The notes beneath the pieces were generated by a model. It saw only the letters and a program-made list of their open reading frames with translations, was not told where the DNA came from and made no database searches. Source: Eledone cirrhosa (lineage: Eukaryota). Taken from it: a DNA stretch of 64,000 bases. A program made the position numbers and the translations under genes. Every line of letters starts with the position of its first letter. Within the stretch, counting starts at the first letter, position 1. Shown here piece after piece: positions 55,156 through 64,000 of this stretch. Location of the stretch: contig OZ024751.1 in assembly GCA_964016885.1 (NCBI GenBank), positions 32,240,001-32,304,000 of the forward strand, in the 5' to 3' direction.

Positions 55156-55236
<81 letters not shown>

Positions 55237-55575
55237 ACTTTCTCTCTCTCGCTCCCTCTCTCTCTCTCACTCACACACATACACATACATATTTATACAG
55301 ACACACATATATATATATATGAATTAATCAATATTCTGTATTCACCCCAAATATTAAATCTCCTCCCATTTCCTTGTTGTTGTGGCCTTTATATCTTTCC
55401 TTTTCGTATCACAAGACATACCTATAAATACGGACAATCTCTCACCTATGTTCAATGAACTTATATATGAATACGTATATGTATGCATATATATATATAT
55501 AACGTGTTTCTGTGTTTGCGTATACTCGCACATATACTCTCACATGTCCAAACTCCCAAGCACACACACACATTC

Positions 55576-55607
<32 letters not shown>

Positions 55608-55630
55608 ATATGTCTATATGTATATGTCTA

Positions 55631-56047
55631 TATAAAGGAAACGAAAAATCAGTGATGCATCTGGACTTAGTTTATTTCGTGTTACAAATGTTTCGCCGGC
55701 ATGTAGCTCGAGTCATGGTCCTTGTATGGATCTGGCTGATTCTACTTCTGCTGGTTCTTTCAGACACGGGTGTTACGTCCGGAGCAAATTTTATCAGTGA
55801 TTATAATTTGCTCCGGACGTACACCCGTGTCTGAAAGAACCCGCAGAAGTAGAATCTGCCAGATCCATACAAGGACCATGACTCGAGCTACATGCCGGCG
55901 AAACATTTGTAACACGAAATGAACTAAGTCCAGATGCATCACTGATTTTTCGTTTCTTTTATAATATCTGCACTCTACTCTGATGAATATCGAGTGCTAA
56001 TTTTGGCATACCGCCTATGGAAGCACCTAAGCTACCACTATACACAA
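55631..56047 (+). mobile_element. PLE 3' end (family B-related): 333-bp IR (55631-55963) plus tail
   Basis: ~160-bp arms with a variant hammerhead in each; tail resembles the reverse complement of 12358-12432. Confidence 0.8.
55826..55916 (+). ncRNA. Variant or degenerate type I hammerhead (mirror copy at 55678-55768, minus)
   Basis: cgtgt-CTGAAAGA-long stem II-GAAA(55900)-CATTTG-TA^acacg. Perfect stem I, one extra A in the core, mismatched base of stem II. Confidence 0.55.
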
Positions 56048-56054
56048 CTATATA

Positions 56055-56094
<40 letters not shown>

Positions 56095-56135
56095 CGAAAC
56101 ATAAGTCAATTGCATGAACTCATAATCCTTTATTT

Positions 56136-56191
56136 ACCGCTATATATATTTCGATGATAGCCATTGAATGGCTATGACCTCATCAGGCAGT
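56136..56191 (-). ncRNA. Minimal type I hammerhead ribozyme
   Basis: Minus strand actgc-CTGATGA-ggt c atagccat tca atggctat c atc-GAAA-T ATAT A-TA^gcggt followed by AATAAA. Palindromic ATAT loop; predicted cut 56141/56140. Confidence 0.8.
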
Positions 56192-56277
56192 TAGTCAGTT
56201 CTTAGATATGCCAGCTCTGTGTTTATAGTGTTGATGGTATCAGAGCCTTGGGACACACACATATATATATATATATA

Positions 56278-56876
56278 AAAAACAAAAGGAGGGTAATACT
56301 GCGTGGTTGCACATGGATTACATATTATAAAATTAGTCCCTCATCAGTGATTTGCCAACCATCATTGGTATTTCATCGCATTAAAAATCAGATACCATAG
56401 GTTGGTGCGAGTAATAACTAAAATAAGCTATTGGGACAAGGGAATCGCGTAAAGCGAGTGAGACAAGTAAACAACACGAAGGGAAGGCTAACCGAAGGTC
56501 GGAAAAACAGCAAGCAACATGATGGTTATCCGGTCAGTATAAGGTGGGTGAATTTCATGAGCAGTCAGAGAAGCAGACCGTACGCCGTGAATGAGGTGTG
56601 CGAAAGAAGCAACCCCACTGCTAACGAACGGGAGGAAGTGAGAAGGGGAGAAACAGAGAGTGAGTGAGTGGAAGTGCGAGGAAGAGGTCAGTCAAGAGAA
56701 AGAGTAACTGACAGAGGGGGCGAAAGAAGGTAAGAGAAACAGAGAGAACGGGGGAGCAGTAAGAGAGAAAGAGAGAAACAGATAATCGCAGTCTAGGTAA
56801 ATATATATTAAAAACAAGGGGAGAGGAATACTGCGTGGTTGCACATGGATTACATATTATAAAATTAGTCCCTCAT
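56278..56876 (-). mobile_element. Probable PLE 3' UTR fragment with a half hammerhead (CTGATGAggg at 56347-56338) and a ~65-bp direct repeat (56280-56344, 56812-56876)
   Basis: Pyrimidine-rich minus strand like the family D UTR; aatactgcgtggttgcacatggattacatattataaaattagtccctcat occurs twice; no GAAA half. Confidence 0.45.
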
Positions 56877-56918
56877 ATATATACATATGTATATATGTAT
56901 ATATATATACTTATGTAC

Positions 56919-56968
<50 letters not shown>

Positions 56969-57113
56969 GTATGTATATATATATATATACATATGTATGT
57001 ATATATATATATATATACATATGTATGTATATATATATATATACATATGTATGTATATATATATATATATATATACATATGTATGTATATATATATATAT
57101 ATATATACATATG

Positions 57114-57151
<38 letters not shown>

Positions 57152-57181
57152 TATATACATATATATATATATATACATATG

Positions 57182-57220
<39 letters not shown>

Positions 57221-57221
57221 G

Positions 57222-57258
<37 letters not shown>

Positions 57259-57263
57259 GTATG

Positions 57264-57307
<44 letters not shown>

Positions 57308-57317
57308 CATATGTATG

Positions 57318-57356
<39 letters not shown>

Positions 57357-57361
57357 GTATG

Positions 57362-57405
<44 letters not shown>

Positions 57406-57415
57406 CATATGTATG

Positions 57416-57454
<39 letters not shown>

Positions 57455-57545
57455 GTATGTATGTATATGTATATATATATATATATATACATATGTATGT
57501 ATATATATATATATATATATATACATATGTATGTATGTATGTATG

Positions 57546-57576
<31 letters not shown>

Positions 57577-57593
57577 GTATGTATGTATGTATG

Positions 57594-57624
<31 letters not shown>

Positions 57625-57629
57625 GTATG

Positions 57630-57670
<41 letters not shown>

Positions 57671-57931
57671 GTATGTATGTATGTATATATATATATATAT
57701 ATATATACATATGTATGTATGTATATATATATATATATATACATATGTATGTATATATATATATATATATACATATGTATATATATATATATACATATGT
57801 ATGTATGTATATATATATACTTATGTATGTATGTATATATATATACTTATGTATGTATGTATATATATACTTATGTATGTATGTATATATATATACTTAT
57901 GTATGTATGTATATATATATACGTATGTATG

Positions 57932-57973
<42 letters not shown>

Positions 57974-57987
57974 CGTATGTATGTATA

Positions 57988-58036
<49 letters not shown>

Positions 58037-58051
58037 GTATGTATGTATATA

Positions 58052-58095
<44 letters not shown>

Positions 58096-58147
58096 TATAT
58101 ACATACATACGTATATATATATATATATATATATATACGTATGTATG

Positions 58148-58178
<31 letters not shown>

Positions 58179-58187
58179 GTATGTATG

Positions 58188-58219
<32 letters not shown>

Positions 58220-58231
58220 TATATACGTATG

Positions 58232-58274
<43 letters not shown>

Positions 58275-58453
58275 GTATGTATGTATATATATATGTATAT
58301 ATATATATCAATAATTGTCACAAGTGTAGTGTTTGTACCAGGGTTTTCAAGTCGCTGGCTGGACTAAAGGGTCACACTTGTTTAGCGCATCAGTAGGAGT
58401 TCTCCTACATGGATATAAAGTAGTGGCCGTACTCGAAAACGAGTTGGCAGCCA

Positions 58454-58503
<50 letters not shown>

Positions 58504-58565
58504 GTATGTATGTATATATATATGTATATATATTATATATATATACGTATGTATGTATGTATATA

Positions 58566-58636
<71 letters not shown>

Positions 58637-58651
58637 GTATGTATGTATATA

Positions 58652-58684
<33 letters not shown>

Positions 58685-58738
58685 TACGTATGTATGTATA
58701 TATATATGTATATATATATATATATATATATACGTATG

Positions 58739-58793
<55 letters not shown>

Positions 58794-58868
58794 GTATGTA
58801 TGTATATATATATATATATATACATATGTATGTATGTATATATATATATATATATATACATATGTATG

Positions 58869-58905
<37 letters not shown>

Positions 58906-59380
58906 GTATGTATGTGTATATATATATATATATATATACATATGTATGTATGTGTATATATATATATATATACATATGTATGTATGTGTATATATATATA
59001 TATATATATATACATATGTATGTATGTGTATATATATACTTATATATATATATATATATACATATGTATGTATATATATATACATATGTATGTATGTATA
59101 TATATATACTTATGTATGTATGTATATATATATACTTATGTATGTATGTATATATATATACTTATGTATGTATGTATATATATATACTTATGTATGTATG
59201 TATATATATATACGTATGTATGTATATATATATGTATATATATATATATATATATACGTATGTATGTATATATATATGTATGTATGTATATATATATATA
59301 CGTATGTATGTATATATATATGGATATATATATATATATATATACATATGTATGTATGTATATATATATATATATATATA
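56877..59380. repeat. (TA)n with CATATG/CGTATG interruptions, split by a family R fragment
   Basis: Directly visible. Confidence 0.95.
58308..58455 (+). mobile_element. Family R 3' fragment
   Basis: Encodes [20 protein letters not shown]; ends gttggcagccacc. Confidence 0.8.
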
Positions 59381-59878
59381 TAATATAAGATCAAAAGATG
59401 GTTAAAGGAGTTCAATATATTTTATTATGCGCATTTCAAAAACAATTATGCGCATTTCAATATATTTTATTATGCGCATTTCAAATTTGTTTTTGAAATG
59501 CGCATAATAAAATATATGTATATATATATATATATATATACGTATGTATGTATATATATATGGATATATATATATATATATATACATATGTATGTATGTA
59601 TATATATATATATATATATATAATATAAGATCAAAAGATGGTTAAAGGAGTTCAATATATTTATTATGCGCATTTCAAAAACAATTATGCGCATTTCAAT
59701 ATATTTTATTATGCGCATTTCATATTTGTTTTTGAAATGCGCATAATAAAATATATTGAACTCCTTTAACCATCTTTTGATCTTATATTATGCATACTCC
59801 AGTCCCAAAACTGTAGAGTGCTTCTTATCCGATATCTGCATTGCTTTATTGTACTACAATAAAACTCACCTCCTACAT
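59380..59878 (+). mobile_element. Family D PLE ends, duplicated (~240-bp period), with stuttered hammerhead 3' halves
   Basis: Three ttatgcgcatttca copies per unit before the fold-back tttgaaatgcgcataataaaatata; tail and hairpin at 59796-59819. Confidence 0.8.
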
Positions 59879-60063
59879 ATATATATATATATATACATAT
59901 GTATGTATATATATATACTTATGTAGGTATGTATGTATATATATATACTTATGTATGTATATATATATACTTATGTATGTATATATATATACTTATGTAT
60001 GTATGTATATATATATACTTATGTATGTATGTATATATATATATATATATATACTTATGTACG

Positions 60064-60095
<32 letters not shown>

Positions 60096-60397
60096 TGTAT
60101 ATATAAGTATATATATGTGTATATATATATGTATATATATGTGTATATATATATGTAAATATATGCGTATATATATGTATATACATACATATGTATATAT
60201 ATATACATATGTATATATATATATGAATGAAAGCATTTGTAATAGATATTTCCCTTCAGAGATAAATAAGGCGAGCATAAATATGTCCACACTGACAAAT
60301 CTACATACATAAATATACAAAGAAACCTCCTTCCATGCCACCCCTCTCCTAAAATTCCTTTACACCCTCTCTCTATAATTCCCTACAGTAACATTTC

Positions 60398-60705
60398 AAA
60401 TGTTTCGTCACACAACGTTGCACAAAGTCAAGAGACCACACCACTATACATATGTCTTCATGATGGAACTATATATATATATATATAAATATATATATAT
60501 AAAGGGAGAGAGAGATTCATGTATATACACACATATATATATATATACATATATATATGTATATATATATATATATATACATATATATATACATATATAT
60601 ATATGTATATATATATATACATATATATATACATATATATATGTATATATATGTATATATATATATACATATAAATATGTGTGTGTGTGCATATACATAC
60701 ACACA

Positions 60706-60795
<90 letters not shown>

Positions 60796-60901
60796 CACAT
60801 ATATACACACCCACAAACATATATATTTATAATGTTTTGTCACACAACATTGCACAAAGTCAAGAGGCCACCCCGCCATACATATGTCTTCATAATGGCA
60901 T
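60398..60901. repeat. ~70-bp direct repeat pair (60398-60470, 60831-60901) separated by microsatellite
   Basis: aatgttt.gtcacacaac.ttgcacaaagtcaagag.ccac...atacatatgtcttcat.atgg. Confidence 0.75.
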
Positions 60902-60994
60902 TATTATACCCAAGTAACCAAACACAAGTAGTTCGTTTTTTATTTTCCTTTTATTTATATATTTTTAAAAATCAGATTCGGTATTCTCTGTCTC

Positions 60995-61028
<34 letters not shown>

Positions 61029-61035
61029 CCTCTCA

Positions 61036-61075
<40 letters not shown>

Positions 61076-62020
61076 ATTTTTTTGTAAAACATATTTATAA
61101 TGGTGATATGATCATCATAACCTTTTCCTCCTCATCATCCACCCCCTCCTCTTCATCATCATCATCTCTCCCACCACCACCACCACCACCACCAGCATCA
61201 TCGACAACATCAACCAACATCCACCAGCAGCAGCATCATCATCATCACCCACATCCACATCATTATCATCATCATCAACCTCATTATCATCGTGATCAAT
61301 ACCCTCCTCATCATCACCATCATCACCATCACCATCACCATCATCATCATCACCACTTTCCGCTCCATGAGATTAAGTTTAAAACAAAGAAAAACAAAAA
61401 AAAATAGTAAAACAAAAAAACCCCAGAAAATTCGAGAAGAAATTGAAAAACTTTCTTGTTTATGAAGTGTCATTGTTTTTTTATATAGTTTTACACGGTT
61501 GCTTGTCCGTCAAGGTCGGTTTTATGACACTGTAGTTGTATGCACTGACCCGTAGCTAGATGGATATTATATACATACATGCATTTATATATATATTGTA
61601 TATATATTATATATACGATACAAAGTGTATATATATACACACACACATACACTATACGTATATACGTCCAAAGTATACATACACCCACCCCATATATATA
61701 TATATATACTGTATATATATATATATGTGTGGAGGGGGGGGGGGTAGTACATGCATGGTCATAGTGTTAACAAGATCGCTTCGCAAACATAGAGTTCCAG
61801 GTTCGAAAACTAAATGCTAAATATCTTGGAAAGAGAAATTGTGTGATGCTTATTGGGTAAACTGTACCTGCAATTCGATTGTGCAGCTTTGACTCTGTGC
61901 TGTACTTAATAAATAATTAGGCAATGGTGCACATGTACTGAATTCTGTATTGAAAATGTTGTCAAAGAATTTGCAATTTTCATAACAGTTGGTAATAGAA
62001 AACAAAAACCTTGTGATTTC

Positions 62021-62151
<131 letters not shown>

Positions 62152-62238
62152 TTCTCTCTCCTATCTTTTCACTCTTTGTCTGTATGTCTTCCATTCTCTC
62201 ACTCTTTATTTATGCATACGTATATATATTTGTATGTG

Positions 62239-62277
<39 letters not shown>

Positions 62278-62311
62278 ATATATATATATATATATGTACA
62301 TATATATATAT

Positions 62312-62348
<37 letters not shown>

Positions 62349-62551
62349 CATACATATACATGCGTGTTGGTGTGATGGTGTGTATATGATTAATTAGATT
62401 TAGTTCCAAATTAACTTTACATTTGTTTATAAAAATGACGGATGAAAAAGTAATTCATTTCCAACACCTATTTAGCCTATTTAGAGATTAAGATTATATA
62501 TCGTTCCACAAATATAGTTTGCATACACACACAGACACACACAAACACATG

Positions 62552-64000
<1,449 letters not shown>

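Noticed and set aside
55979-55986. Extra CTGATGA in the loop of the tail hairpin
   Set aside because: No downstream GAAA or stems; the loop is not conserved in the other hairpins.

Overview
Eukaryotic, AT-rich, microsatellite-saturated intronic or intergenic DNA. The repeat repertoire and kilobase (TA)n/(TATG)n arrays suggest an octopus or other coleoid cephalopod; this is inferred from recalled repeat types, not a database search. About half the window is simple repeat, and there is a 200-N scaffold gap at 32998-33197. No intact protein-coding gene is recognisable: nearly all listed ORFs ([12 protein letters not shown], poly-V/P) are microsatellite translations, leaving a few weak exon candidates. 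The non-simple sequence is mainly (i) tRNA-derived SINEs, (ii) RTE-clade LINE fragments and a non-autonomous RTE derivative, and (iii) a dense set of Penelope-like element (PLE) 3' ends inserted in (TA)n as asymmetric inverted repeats. Five PLE ends or arms carry complete minimal type I hammerhead ribozyme motifs (12482-12578, 39100-39168, 39284-39352, 39933-40001, 56136-56191). Two decayed PLE ORF pieces (41177-41269, ~50951-51400) support the assignment. The main observation is a bulged hairpin, ACTC-[variable paired stem-loop]-2-nt bulge-GAGT, shared by about seven PLE end types with divergent sequences. It shows compensatory substitutions and lies 3-8 nt beyond the point where the inverted short arm stops, so it is a candidate cis element fixing the reverse-transcription start site. 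Several short-arm ends abut the largest (TA)n arrays.
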